A stretch of 32,000 nt of DNA from Candidatus Methylomirabilis limnetica (GCF_003044035.1 NZ_NVQC01000010.1:1-32000); one strand, 5' to 3'; shown: positions 1-10,322, counted from the stretch's first letter. Notes: generated by a model not told the origin, from the letters alone. Program-made: numbers and translations.

Positions 1-233
1 CGGATTTCGACCGCAGCATGGAAAAGCCTCCGGCTTTCCCATGCTTCCCACAGGCCCGACTATCACTGAACAGAGGTGGGTTCCTTTTGCTTTATCACGG
101 TGGGTCCCTTTTGCGTTGTCAAAACGATGCAATCCGACAGCGTCGTCACAGACCTGCCGCAGCGGATCTGGGCCATGATCACGAGCAATCTGGAGAGAAC
201 CGGTCCGACACGCGTCCTTGTCCGCCGAGATAG

Positions 234-386
234 CTTAGAAGGAGGGGCGATGGGCATCCTGCGGATTCGGTGATCGTCGCGGATAACCTCGCCACGGTCT
301 TGGATCGGGAGATCGACAAGCGAATTGGGAGATGCCCGAACATGTCGGCAGTGGATCAGGCTCTCCGGTTGCTTCTAGAACTCTAG
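234..386 (+). pseudogene. C-terminal remnant of a PemK/MazF-like toxin (degraded)
   Basis: The frame ending at TAG 384-386 reads ...GHPADSVIVADNLATVLDREIDKRIGRCPNMSAVDQALRLLLEL. This resembles the conserved MazF/PemK C-terminus (DSVvl.dQirtvDk.Rl.k.iG.l....m..v..aL...L.L). A possible N-terminal piece (RIWAMITSNLERTGPTRVLVRRD, 127-230) lies in another frame, and the middle of the fold is missing. Confidence 0.3.
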
Positions 387-454
387 ACTCTTTAACGATT
401 CTCTCCGTTCTCACGACAGGCCCTTCCCTCGAACGTCAAACCTTGCATTATGCT

Positions 455-499
455 CAAACAGACCAAACAGACGCAACAGACGCTACGGACGCACATCTG
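455..499 (+). repeat. R-array 1: tandem 9 nt units (CAAACAGAC, CAAACAGAC, GCAACAGAC, GCTACGGAC, GCACATCTG)
   Basis: Read directly. Five contiguous 9 nt units of pattern GCNNNNGAC. Confidence 0.7.
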
Positions 500-695
500 C
501 TTTAATCTATCGAAATAACATTAATATTGACCGGCGTGATTCAAATATGGTAAAAAAAAACCCAACTTACACGATCTTACCTCTCTCCAACCCTGGAAGA
601 GGACCAGCGACTCAGATGTCTGCCCTCGGCGCTTCAGGGTCGACGCAAGCCCATTACCAAGCCGACCCTGTAAGTGAGAGGGCGAGAGCCTATCT

Positions 696-740
696 GACCC
701 ACACGCTATCAACGCAATTAACGCGATAGACGCGATAGAT
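696..740 (+). repeat. R-array 2: tandem 9 nt units (GCTATCAAC, GCAATTAAC, GCGATAGAC, GCGATAGAT)
   Basis: Read directly. Abuts the putative IS3 end. Confidence 0.7.
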
Positions 741-742
741 AA

Positions 743-1649
743 GGTGGACCCACTTGTCAAGACAAGTTTTAGAGATATTTAAGTTACACCTTGGGATCTG
801 AAGTTACGTGTTTTGGAAGAGAGAGAGATGTGGGCGTCATTCTCTTCCACTCTTGCATCCGATCTTTGAAAATAGACCTCCGCGGGGGTCATGTAATCGA
901 GAGACTGGTGTGGCCTCTCATGGTTGTAGAAATTGAAGTAATAATCAATTCCCCGTCGTCCTTCAGAGACACATTGATAATCCCTGATGTAGATCTCTTC
1001 ATACTTGAGAGAGCGCCATAGTCGTTCTGTAAAGATGTTGTCCATACACCGTCCCCGACCGTCCATGCTGATGTTGATCCTCTTGCCTTTGAGCCTGTCC
1101 GTGAAGGCGTAGCTGGTAAACTGGGAGCCCTGGTCGGTATTGAAGATGCCGGGGGCGCTGGCCACACACGCCTTCTCCAGGGCCGCTAGGCAGAACCCCG
1201 TCTCCATCGTGATCGAGGTCTCCCAGGCAAGAACATACCGGCTGAACCAATCCATGATCGCCACCAGGTAGAGCCAGCCGCGGTGCAGCCGGATGTACGT
1301 GATATCCGCCGCCCACACCTGATCCGGGTGCGTGATGATCAGCCCTCGCAGCAGATACGGATAGATCGGATGATGCACACCGGGCCGGCTCAGATGAGGC
1401 TTCGGATAGATAGCCTCCAGGCCCATCACCCGCATCAGCCGTTGCACATGCTTTACGGTTTACCGGATAATCATGGCCGTCTCAGGTGAGCCGCCATCTT
1501 CCTGGAACCGTAGAATGGCGTCTGAGTATATTGCTCGTCGATCATGCGCATGAGCAGCAGATCGTACTCATCCACCACCGGTCTATAGTAGATGCTGGAG
1601 CGTGAGATACCCAGAAGCTCCGCCTGATGGCTGATGGAAATCTCTCTAG
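743..1649 (-). mobile_element. IS3-family insertion sequence remnant (3' part only, cut by the IS630 insertion)
   Basis: Contains the OrfB integrase core. A putative terminal repeat, TGACAAGTGGGTCCACC (minus strand, 743-759), lies 20 nt past the orfB stop. orfA and the left end are absent. Confidence 0.7.
779..1649 (-). pseudogene. IS3-family transposase OrfB (rve/DDE integrase core), frameshifted and 5'-truncated
   Basis: ORF 779-1447 carries IS3-type motifs (WAADITYI, NTDQGSQFTS, ERLWRSLKYEE, YNHERPHQSL). Upstream, 1500-1640 reads ISISHQAELLGISRSSIYYRPVVDEYDLLLMRMIDEQYTQTPFYGSRKMAAHLRR in another frame. At least two frameshifts (about 1452 and about 1478) separate this from ...VNRKHVQRLMRVMG. 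Confidence 0.8.
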
Positions 1650-2871
1650 TACCGTGTAACCATTAAAGTTGCGGATAAAGGCGCTTTAGCTTGATCCGAG
1701 CGTCCGCTGTAGTGAATTGCCAGACAATTTTTCTTGTGCGATCGTTCCGGTCTTTTTCCCATGCGGTCACTTCGGTTTGCATGGTCGTCATGTCGGCAAT
1801 TCGGCGTTCAAGGCACTGTCCTTTCAGGACGCTGAGTTCAATCTCCGCCATGTTCAACCAGCTACCGTGTTTGGGCGTGTAATGTATATCAAGTCGCTCC
1901 GCCAACCTCCTGGCTTCTTTTGGCGGGAATGTGTCATAGAATGAGGCAATGCCGTGGGTGTTCAGATTATCCATAATCAGACGTACCTTGATTGCGTTCG
2001 GATACCGTTCATCAAGCATCTGTTTGATCTGCCTCGCCCAATCCTTTTTGGTGCGACGCTCTGTGACAACCACATGTCTTTTGCCGGCAAGCGGCTCTAC
2101 TTCCATAAGTATCTCAGCCACACCGTTCCTTACGTATTCATCGTCAATGCGCGCCGGTTGTCCCGGCTTACACGGAATCGGGTCGCGTACTTCACCGATC
2201 ATCTGCTTGCAGGATTCGTCCATATACACCACCGGGTAGTAGGGGTCATACGGCAGATGATACACCTCCAGGATAGCCTCCATGTTGGCTACAAACGCCG
2301 AGTTTCCTTCCGGGGGGATCTTCCAGTACTTGCACAGATGAGGCTTAAGTTCGTTTTTTTTAAAACCCGCTGCACGGTCATATGTGATACGGAAGAAGCG
2401 AAGTTCAGTTCAACAACCCTGTCGGCGAGGAGCCTGACTGTCCATCGCAGACGCCCTTTTGGAGCATCTGAACAGGCCAGTGCGATCAGCCTCGCCTCAA
2501 ACGCCCCATCAAACGTGACTTCCCGGGGCGGCTTTTCCCGTGGTTTTCGTTCAAGCGCAGCTTCAAGTCCATCCTCTACAAAGCGCTTCTTGAGGTGCTC
2601 AATCGCTCGGCTGCTTACCCCAAGGGCCTCCGCCGTATCAGCGACAGTCCAAGCCGGGCCGCCTGCTCCGGCGTCACACAGCAACAACGCTCGGGCGTGT
2701 ATGAATTTCCGCGCATGCGTCTTGCCGCGTTTCGTCAACGCCTCAAGCCCGTTGCGCTCCTGCTCGGTAAGAGTGACTCGGTACCTCGGCGACATGGCGG
2801 ACTCCTTTGTTGAGTTTCCGCCAGTCTATCATCCCTCTAGTAAAGTACGCAGTATATAATGTTACATGGTA
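1650..2871 (-). mobile_element. IS630-family insertion sequence, apparently intact, with TA target duplication
   Basis: Terminal inverted repeats are CCGTGTAACCATT (1652-1664) and AATGTTACATGG (2858-2869). They are flanked by TA at 1650-1651 and 2870-2871. Body length of about 1.2 kb is typical of IS630/Tc1-mariner-like elements. Confidence 0.8.
1663..2795 (-). CDS. IS630-family transposase, orfA (2289-2795) plus orfB (1663-2283), joined by a -1 frameshift on an A8 run
   Basis: orfA is an HTH part (MSPRYRVTLTEQERNGLEALTKRGK...). orfB is a DDE part (VVYMDES..., LIMDNLNTHG, SWLNMAEIE). Slipping -1 on A8 (minus strand, 2354-2361) gives VLKKNELKPHLCKYWKIPPEGNSAFVANMEAILEVY, a continuous IS630-type linker. 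An AAAGGAG RBS precedes the ATG at 2795. Confidence 0.8.
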
Positions 2872-2892
2872 ATAGTTTGCGGTTACTACTCG

Positions 2893-4308
2893 ATGAGGGA
2901 TGCGCTGCTTCATAGGGTTCAAGGGACTATCGACCGGCATCGAATGCTGGCAGCGGGAGATATTGTCGTCCTCGCCGTGTCTGGCGGCGTCGATTCGATG
3001 GCGATGTTCCACCTTCTGCTGCGCCTTCGAGCCCGCTATCATATTTCACTCCATGTCGCCCATCTGAACCATGACCTTCGAGGGACGGAATCGGCTGAGA
3101 CGGCCAACTTTGTGCGTCGCCAATGCGAGGCCCATCAGATTCCTGCGACCATTACGACGGCCGATGGGAGGACGTTGCGGGACCGGGGAGTAGGCTCGCT
3201 TCAGGCCGCTGCCAGGGATCTCCGTTACCGGTTTTTGGAACAGGTGGCGGACGAGCAGGGAGCGGCCAGGATTGCCCTGGGCCATCATCGCAACGATCAG
3301 GCGGAGACTGTCCTGATGAACCTGCTCCGGGGGTCCGGGGTAAGGGGGCTTGGAGGGATCCCGCCAGTCAGGGGCCGGATCATCCGCCCGTTGATCGACT
3401 GCTCACGTGAGGAGATCGAGCGGTACGCACGGCAGCAGGGGATCCCGTACGTCGATGACTCCTCGAATCAGGTTCTCTTGTACAGCCGAAACCGGATTCG
3501 TCTGGAACTCCTGCCGGAGCTGGCGAAGCGGTATAACCCACGCGTCGTCCATGCCATGGCGAATGCAGCCACGATCCTTGAAGCTGAGGATACACTGCTG
3601 AACGCGATGGCCGACAAAGAGCTTCGCGCTGTCCTGATCTCGCGATCGCCTGAGGAGTTGGTGCTGTCTACCCACCGCATGGCGACCTTTCACACCGCTC
3701 TAAGATGGCGGATCATTCGGCGGGCCGCCGAGTATCTGCGAGAGGGCCGCTCAGGATTGACCTTCCAGCAGACGTTGGCCATCGATCGACTTTTGCTGAC
3801 AGAGGGCGCGCAGGGCACCATCCAAGCGCCAGGTGGGTTGCGCGTAAGACGAGCAGGCGATGACATCGTCCTTTCGGTGGGGGAGAGTCAAGTGAGGGGT
3901 CCCATTTCGTCTTCCCCCCTCGCCGTCCCTGGCCTCACTGCCATTCCGGAATCGTCGCTCAGCCTTCGAAGCGATCTCCTGGAGGAGTGGACAATGGACG
4001 AACTTGCCCCGGATGCATGGACCGCTCTCCTTGATGCCGATTGTGCCGGACAGGACTTGCACGTAAGGCGGTGGGAGCCGGGTGATCGGTTCATCCCCCT
4101 CGGGATGAGTGGCCGAAAAAAGCTCCAAGATTTCTTTGTGGACGCAAAGGTGCCGCGCGATCAACGCGGGAGCATCCCGTTGATGGTCTCAGGTGATCAG
4201 ATCGCATGGGTCGTGGGTTTTCGAGTAGATGAGCGGTTCAAGGTTACCGATTCGACCCGACGTATCCTTCGGGTGCGTGCAGCCACTACAGGTGAACAAG
4301 CGGGCTAA
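2893..4308 (+). CDS. tilS: tRNA(Ile)-lysidine synthase
   Basis: PP-loop motif LAVSGGVDSMAM. C-terminal TilS domain (GDRFIPLGMSGRKKLQDFFVDAKVP...WVVGFRVDERFKV). ATG 2893 is preferred over 2866, which lies inside the IS630 end. Confidence 0.9.
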   Translation: MRDALLHRVQGTIDRHRMLAAGDIVVLAVSGGVDSMAMFHLLLRLRARYHISLHVAHLNHDLRGTESAETANFVRRQCEAHQIPATITTADGRTLRDRGVGSLQAAARDLRYRFLEQVADEQGAARIALGHHRNDQAETVLMNLLRGSGVRGLGGIPPVRGRIIRPLIDCSREEIERYARQQGIPYVDDSSNQVLLYSRNRIRLELLPELAKRYNPRVVHAMANAATILEAEDTLLNAMADKELRAVLISRSPEELVLSTHRMATFHTALRWRIIRRAAEYLREGRSGLTFQQTLAIDRLLLTEGAQGTIQAPGGLRVRRAGDDIVLSVGESQVRGPISSSPLAVPGLTAIPESSLSLRSDLLEEWTMDELAPDAWTALLDADCAGQDLHVRRWEPGDRFIPLGMSGRKKLQDFFVDAKVPRDQRGSIPLMVSGDQIAWVVGFRVDERFKVTDSTRRILRVRAATTGEQAG

Positions 4309-4322
4309 CGCATGAATTAAGA

Positions 4323-4427
4323 AAATCTCCCCCCCTGATTAATACATGCAGGGGCAGGCTCTACCCCCTCTTTTCCAAAAAGGGGTGCATCCTCCCTTTG
4401 GCAAAGGGAGGTTAGGAGGGATTCTTC
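4323..4427. repeat. G/C-tract nested hairpin element (E-type), two units
   Basis: CCCCTCTTTTCCAAAAAGGGG and CCTCCCTTTGGCAAAGGGAGG with flanking AAAATCTCCCC / GGAGGGATTC. Located downstream of tilS. Confidence 0.75.
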
Positions 4428-4527
4428 GATACCGTAAAGTTATTATTTTGAGCCAGTTAAGAATATTTGTTGGCTTGGTCGGTCAGGACTTCCAAGGGTT
4501 GGAGGGATGGTCTGTAGGTATATTGTG

Positions 4528-4556
4528 TTGAAAACGCATAAGCTTTTTGATATAAG
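4528..4556 (+). promoter_or_regulatory. Candidate sigma70-type promoter for ftsH
   Basis: TTGAAA (4528-4533), a 17 nt spacer, then TATAAG (4551-4556), about 75 nt upstream of the proposed ftsH start. Motif match only. Confidence 0.3.
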
Positions 4557-4631
4557 TATTTGTCACGCTACAAAGTCGTGTACATTGACCTGCCGGGTGA
4601 GGAAAAGGGATTGAATGCAGGAGGTAAAAGG

Positions 4632-6443
<1,812 letters not shown>

Positions 6444-6559
6444 GGCGTAACCCTCTGCCACTTGATCGGGTGCCGCAGGCGAGGACACCTGGGACTCTTC
6501 TTTCTGCAGCCTCGCCCACACTGTTTTCATCAACCTTCTTCGCCTGCTCCTGGTTCGAC

Positions 6560-6620
6560 GCAAAGACGCAATCAACGCAATAAACGCTACAGACGCCATA
6601 GGCGCAATGACGCAATTAAG
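6560..6620 (+). repeat. R-array 3: seven tandem 8-9 nt units (GCAAAGAC, GCAATCAAC, GCAATAAAC, GCTACAGAC, GCCATAGGC, GCAATGAC, GCAATTAAG)
   Basis: Read directly. Sits between ftsH and folP, and the folP ATG is the ATG of unit GCAATGAC. Confidence 0.75.
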
Positions 6621-7449
6621 CTTTCGCTGCCGGAACCACCTGCTGGATGTGCGGGAAAAGACCTGGATTGTGGGGGTATTAAATATCACCCCGGATTCTT
6701 TTTCCGATGGCGGTCGCTTCCTGGATCCTGGGGCGGCCACCGATCAGGCGCTGCGGATGGTGGAGGAGGGAGCCGATATCCTGGAGCTGGGAGCTGAGTC
6801 AACCCGTCCAGGCGCCGTCCCTGTCTCTGTAGACGAGGAGCTTCGCCGGATCCTTCTGGTTCTACGCGACTTGCGTCCCAAGCTCACGATCCCGGTGGCG
6901 GTGGACACCTATAAACCGGAGGTGGCAAGGGTAGTCCTGGAGGAGGGGGCAGACATCATTAACGACGTCTATGGCGTTCGAGGAGAGGGACGTCTGGCAG
7001 CAGTGGTGGCTGAGAAGCGCGCCGGCCTTGTCATCATGCACATGAAGGGTACCCCTCAGGATATGCAAATCGAACCGCACTACAACGATGCCGTGGGTGA
7101 GGTCTTGGCCTTCCTGGCCGATCGCGTCGCCTTTGCCGAACGTATGGGCGTTGACCCTGAGTCAATCATTGTAGATCCCGGGCTGGGCTTCGGCAAGCGG
7201 CCGCAGGATAATTTGGTTCTGCTCCGACATCTGGCGGAGCTTGATTGTCTTGGGAAGCCGATTATGGTCGGTCCATCGCGTAAGTCGCTCGTTGGGAATG
7301 TACTGAATCTTCCCGTTGAGCAGCGCCAATACGGTACGGCGGCCTGTGTCGCGGCGGCGGTGCTGCAGGGTGCGGCCTTCGTCCGAGTTCACGATGTTCG
7401 GCCCTGTGCGCATCTGGTCAGGATGCTGGACGCGATCAAGAGGGCGTAG
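6607..7449 (+). CDS. folP: Dihydropteroate synthase
   Basis: VGVLNITPDSFSDGG, ILELGAESTRPG and the pterin-binding fold throughout. The start codon lies inside the 8-9 nt repeat array 6560-6620, so the start is less certain. Confidence 0.88.
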   Translation: MTQLSFRCRNHLLDVREKTWIVGVLNITPDSFSDGGRFLDPGAATDQALRMVEEGADILELGAESTRPGAVPVSVDEELRRILLVLRDLRPKLTIPVAVDTYKPEVARVVLEEGADIINDVYGVRGEGRLAAVVAEKRAGLVIMHMKGTPQDMQIEPHYNDAVGEVLAFLADRVAFAERMGVDPESIIVDPGLGFGKRPQDNLVLLRHLAELDCLGKPIMVGPSRKSLVGNVLNLPVEQRQYGTAACVAAAVLQGAAFVRVHDVRPCAHLVRMLDAIKRA

Positions 7450-7451
7450 CG

Positions 7452-7615
7452 GCCACGTACTCAGGTAGATAGGCTGAAGGCTGAAGGCTTTTAGGGGTAA
7501 GCTATGCGTGATCAAAGAAAACTCAGAAAAGGTCTTGAATAGCTCGATTTATGCCTTGCGAGATAATGTAGAACCTTCAGCCTTCAGCCTAAACACATGA
7601 GTAGTTACAAGTAAT
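7452..7615 (+). repeat. S-cassette copy 1 (MITE/Correia-like element with heptad-built terminal inverted repeats)
   Basis: Left arm GTACTCAGGTAGATAGGCTGAAGGCTGAAGGC (7457-7488). Right arm CCTTCAGCCTTCAGCCTAAACACATGAGTAGTTAC (7574-7608). Fills the folP-glmM spacer. Confidence 0.8.
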
Positions 7616-7652
7616 CGCAGGGGTGAGGCGCATCGAGGATAAAGGAGTGATT

Positions 7653-9002
7653 GTGCGAAAACTATTCGGCACCGACGGAATTCGGGGTGTGGCCAACAGA
7701 GAGCCGATGACCCCGGAGACCATGGTCAAGGTGGGGCGCGCAGCGGCTCACATGTTACGCGGGACGAGCGAGCGGGCCGCGATCGTGATCGGGAAGGACA
7801 CGCGCCTGACCGGCTATATGCTGGAGACGGCGCTGACCGCCGGCATTACCTCGATGGGCGTGGACGTGCTCTTGGTGGGCCCGCTCCCGACGCCTGGGAT
7901 CGCCTTTATTACGCGAAGCCTTCGAGCCGACGCCGGGGTGGTGATTTCTGCCTCTCACAACTCGTACGAGGATAACGGCATCAAGTTCTTTTCTCACGAC
8001 GGCCTGAAGCTGCCGGATGCGATGGAACATCGGATCGAGGAGCTGATCGGCAATGGAGAGATCGATGGGATCAGGGCGACGGCTCGTGAGATCGGCAAGG
8101 CCTACCGAGTGGGTGATGCCGTCGGCCGCTATATCGAATTTGTGAAAAACACCCTTCCCAAGGGAACAACGCTGAAGGGGATGCGGGTGGTAGTAGACTG
8201 TGCCAACGGCGCCGCCTACAAGGCGTCGCCGGCAGTTCTTCGGGAGCTGCATGCAGAGGTGGTGTCGCTCAATGTCCAGCCCGACGGAACCAACATTAAC
8301 AAAGAATGCGGCTCGTTGCATCCCGAAGGACTGCGGCGAGCTGTCGTGGAACACAAGGCGCACATTGGGATTGCCCATGACGGGGATGCTGACCGAGTTC
8401 TGTTTGTGGACGAACAGGGTGAGACGATGGATGGCGACCACATCCTCGCCCTCTGTGCCCTCGACCTGAAGCGAGAAGGCCGTTTGCGTGAAGACACGGT
8501 CGTGGCGACCGTAATGAGCAACATCGGCTTAGACATCGCGATGCAGGAGGCGGGGATCAAGGTCGTTCGAACCGCGGTGGGCGATCGGTACGTCCTGGAG
8601 GAGATGCTGTCGAAGCGCTATACGCTGGGGGGCGAGCAGTCCGGGCATATCATCTTCCTGGAACACCATACCACCGGCGATGGGATAGTGACCGCCTTGC
8701 AGGTATTGGCAACCATGCAAAGGTGTGGGAAGCCGCTTTCGGAACTCAAGGCATGCATGCGCTCTTATCCCCAAGTCTTGATCAATACGCCCATTCGACG
8801 CAGAGCTGCCATTGAGGAGCTTCCACGGGTGCAGGAGGCGATTCGATTGGCGGAGGCGGGTATGGGCGGCAGGGGACGGGTCCTGGTTCGCTTGTCCGGC
8901 ACGGAACCGCTAGCCCGTGTGATGGTAGAAGGCGAGGAGCCAGCGAAGATCGAGCGGCTGGCCCGAGAGATCGCACTGGTGATCGAAAAAGAACTGGACT
9001 AA
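7653..9002 (+). CDS. glmM: Phosphoglucosamine mutase
   Basis: N-terminus [10 protein letters not shown], active-site loop [30 protein letters not shown] 7653 follows an AAAGGAG RBS. GTG 7623 and 7647 are alternatives. Confidence 0.9.
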   Translation: MRKLFGTDGIRGVANREPMTPETMVKVGRAAAHMLRGTSERAAIVIGKDTRLTGYMLETALTAGITSMGVDVLLVGPLPTPGIAFITRSLRADAGVVISASHNSYEDNGIKFFSHDGLKLPDAMEHRIEELIGNGEIDGIRATAREIGKAYRVGDAVGRYIEFVKNTLPKGTTLKGMRVVVDCANGAAYKASPAVLRELHAEVVSLNVQPDGTNINKECGSLHPEGLRRAVVEHKAHIGIAHDGDADRVLFVDEQGETMDGDHILALCALDLKREGRLREDTVVATVMSNIGLDIAMQEAGIKVVRTAVGDRYVLEEMLSKRYTLGGEQSGHIIFLEHHTTGDGIVTALQVLATMQRCGKPLSELKACMRSYPQVLINTPIRRRAAIEELPRVQEAIRLAEAGMGGRGRVLVRLSGTEPLARVMVEGEEPAKIERLAREIALVIEKELD

Positions 9003-9007
9003 GAACT

Positions 9008-9072
9008 GTTTCGAGTTTTGAGTTCCGAGTTTCTGGTCCGAAACCCGAAACCCGAAACCCGCAACTCGAAAC
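9008..9072. repeat. Heptad-repeat hairpin: (GTTTCGA, GTTTTGA, GTTCCGA, GTTTCTG) loop (CCGAAAC x3, CCGCAAC, TCGAAAC)
   Basis: Read directly. The outer 10 bp GTTTCGAGTT/AACTCGAAAC pair perfectly. Lies between glmM and pdxJ. Confidence 0.75.
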
Positions 9073-9089
9073 GGCGAGCGGAGCGAGCG

Positions 9090-9818
9090 ATGGTTGGGTT
9101 GTGTGTGAATGTTGATCATGTCGCGACGATCAGGCAGGCGAGACGGGTGCAGGAGCCTGATCCAGCTCAGGCGGTCATGCTGGCCGAACTGGCCGGCGCG
9201 TCAGGGATTACCGTACACCTACGAGAGGACCGCCGGCATATCCAGGATCGGGATGTCGAGCTCCTGCGAAGGCTGGTCAAGACGAAACTGAACCTGGAGA
9301 TGGCAGCCACGCAAGAGATGATCCAGATCGCCCTTGCTGTCAAGCCGGAGATGGCGACGCTTGTCCCGGAACGGCGCGAGGAGCTCACCACTGAAGGAGG
9401 ACTGGACGTTCACGGACACGTCGATGAGATAGGTATGGCCGTACGCAGCTTGCGAGAGGGCGGTATCGCGGTCAGTCTCTTTATCGACCCGGAACAGGAT
9501 CAGTTATCGGCGGCTGCGCGCGCCGGTGCCGACTTCGTCGAGCTTCACACCGGAACGTATGCAGAGGCGAGGGATCGCAAGACGCAGCAAGCCGAGCTGG
9601 CCCGCCTCATTCAGTCGGCGACAGTAGGAAGAGAGTTAGGCCTTCTGATCAATGCCGGGCATGGCCTGGACTATCGCAATGTCGGGCCGATAGCAGCGAT
9701 CCCGGAGGTGGAGGAGTTGAGCATTGGCCACAGTATCATCGCTAGAGCCGTTCTTGTGGGTCTGGAGCGTGCGGTCCGCGAGATGCTCGCAGCGATGAAT
9801 ACGGACCGTGCGAGGTAA
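9090..9818 (+). CDS. pdxJ: Pyridoxine 5'-phosphate synthase
   Basis: [29 protein letters not shown] and INAGHGL motifs. ATG 9090 matches the usual PdxJ N-terminus. The ORF-track start 9018 reads through an intergenic hairpin. Confidence 0.88.
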   Translation: MVGLCVNVDHVATIRQARRVQEPDPAQAVMLAELAGASGITVHLREDRRHIQDRDVELLRRLVKTKLNLEMAATQEMIQIALAVKPEMATLVPERREELTTEGGLDVHGHVDEIGMAVRSLREGGIAVSLFIDPEQDQLSAAARAGADFVELHTGTYAEARDRKTQQAELARLIQSATVGRELGLLINAGHGLDYRNVGPIAAIPEVEELSIGHSIIARAVLVGLERAVREMLAAMNTDRAR

Positions 9819-9863
9819 AATCCCCTCTCGCCCCCCTTTATCAAAGGGGGGATGGGGGGATTT
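9817..9863. repeat. E-type nested hairpin
   Basis: AAAATCCCCTCTCG-CCCCCCTTT-ATC-AAAGGGGGG-ATGGGGGGATTT. Fills the pdxJ-acpS spacer. Confidence 0.8.
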
Positions 9864-9875
9864 CGTGGGTGCTGA

Positions 9876-10259
9876 ATGGTGATCGGGATCGGAATCGACG
9901 CCGTACAGATCGGACGATTCGAACGCGCTGTCGCGCGTCACGGCGCCCGCTTGCTCGATCGACTTTTCACTGCGGGGGAACAGGCCCACTTGAGAAGCTA
10001 CCGGTCGCCAGGGCGGCACCTCGCGGCCCGTTTTGCGGCGAAGGAGGCGGCCTTCAAGGCGCTTCGTACTGGATGGGGGCAAGGGGTGGTGTGGCAAGAC
10101 GTGGAGATAGTGGGCGGCGGGCCTGAGCCGCCTAGCGTGGTCCTTTCGGGCTGTGCCAGGGATGTCGCAGCCCGCCTTGGGATCACGCAGATGCTGGTGA
10201 GTCTTACGCACGATGGCGACTACGCGATGGCCTATGTTGTGGCCACTGACGGCAATTAG
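9876..10259 (+). CDS. acpS: Holo-[acyl-carrier-protein] synthase
   Basis: IGIGIDAVQIGRF N-terminus, FAAKEAAFKAL, SLTHDGDYAMA. About 127 aa, typical of AcpS, and pdxJ-acpS adjacency is widely conserved. Confidence 0.88.
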   Translation: MVIGIGIDAVQIGRFERAVARHGARLLDRLFTAGEQAHLRSYRSPGRHLAARFAAKEAAFKALRTGWGQGVVWQDVEIVGGGPEPPSVVLSGCARDVAARLGITQMLVSLTHDGDYAMAYVVATDGN

Positions 10260-10307
10260 CGTCTTGCGTGCAGCGTCTATCGCGCCTATTGCGAACGACG
10301 CGATGAC
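10252..10307. repeat. R-array 4: mixed-orientation 7-9 nt units (GCAATTAGC, GTCTTGC, GTGCAGC, GTCTATCGC, GCCTATTGC, GAACGAC, GCGATGAC)
   Basis: Read directly. Spans the acpS stop and the acpS-nnr spacer. Shares GCGTGCAGCGTCT with array 5. Confidence 0.65.
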
Positions 10308-10322
10308 CCATGGGAGAGGACG

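Noticed and set aside
18-46. Hairpin CATGGAAAAGCC-TCC-GGCTTTCCCATG at the window start as a terminator
   Set aside because: The stem has one mismatch, no T-tract follows on either strand, and the upstream context lies outside the window.
1954-2859. 301-aa plus-strand ORF across the IS630 element
   Set aside because: It is antisense to both transposase reading frames and spans their junction. It has no recognisable domain.
6560-6620. Possible CRISPR-like arrays (also 455-499, 696-740, 9008-9072, 10252-10307, 13929-13985)
   Set aside because: Units are only 7-9 nt and directly abut each other with no spacers. There are no cas genes in the window. These are short tandem or hairpin repeats, not CRISPR.
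7535-7567. TTGAAT … GATAAT inside the S-cassette as a sigma70 promoter (also 12629-12661)
   Set aside because: The two hexamers are 21 nt apart in both copies, too far for a canonical sigma70 promoter, so promoter activity cannot be inferred from the motif alone.
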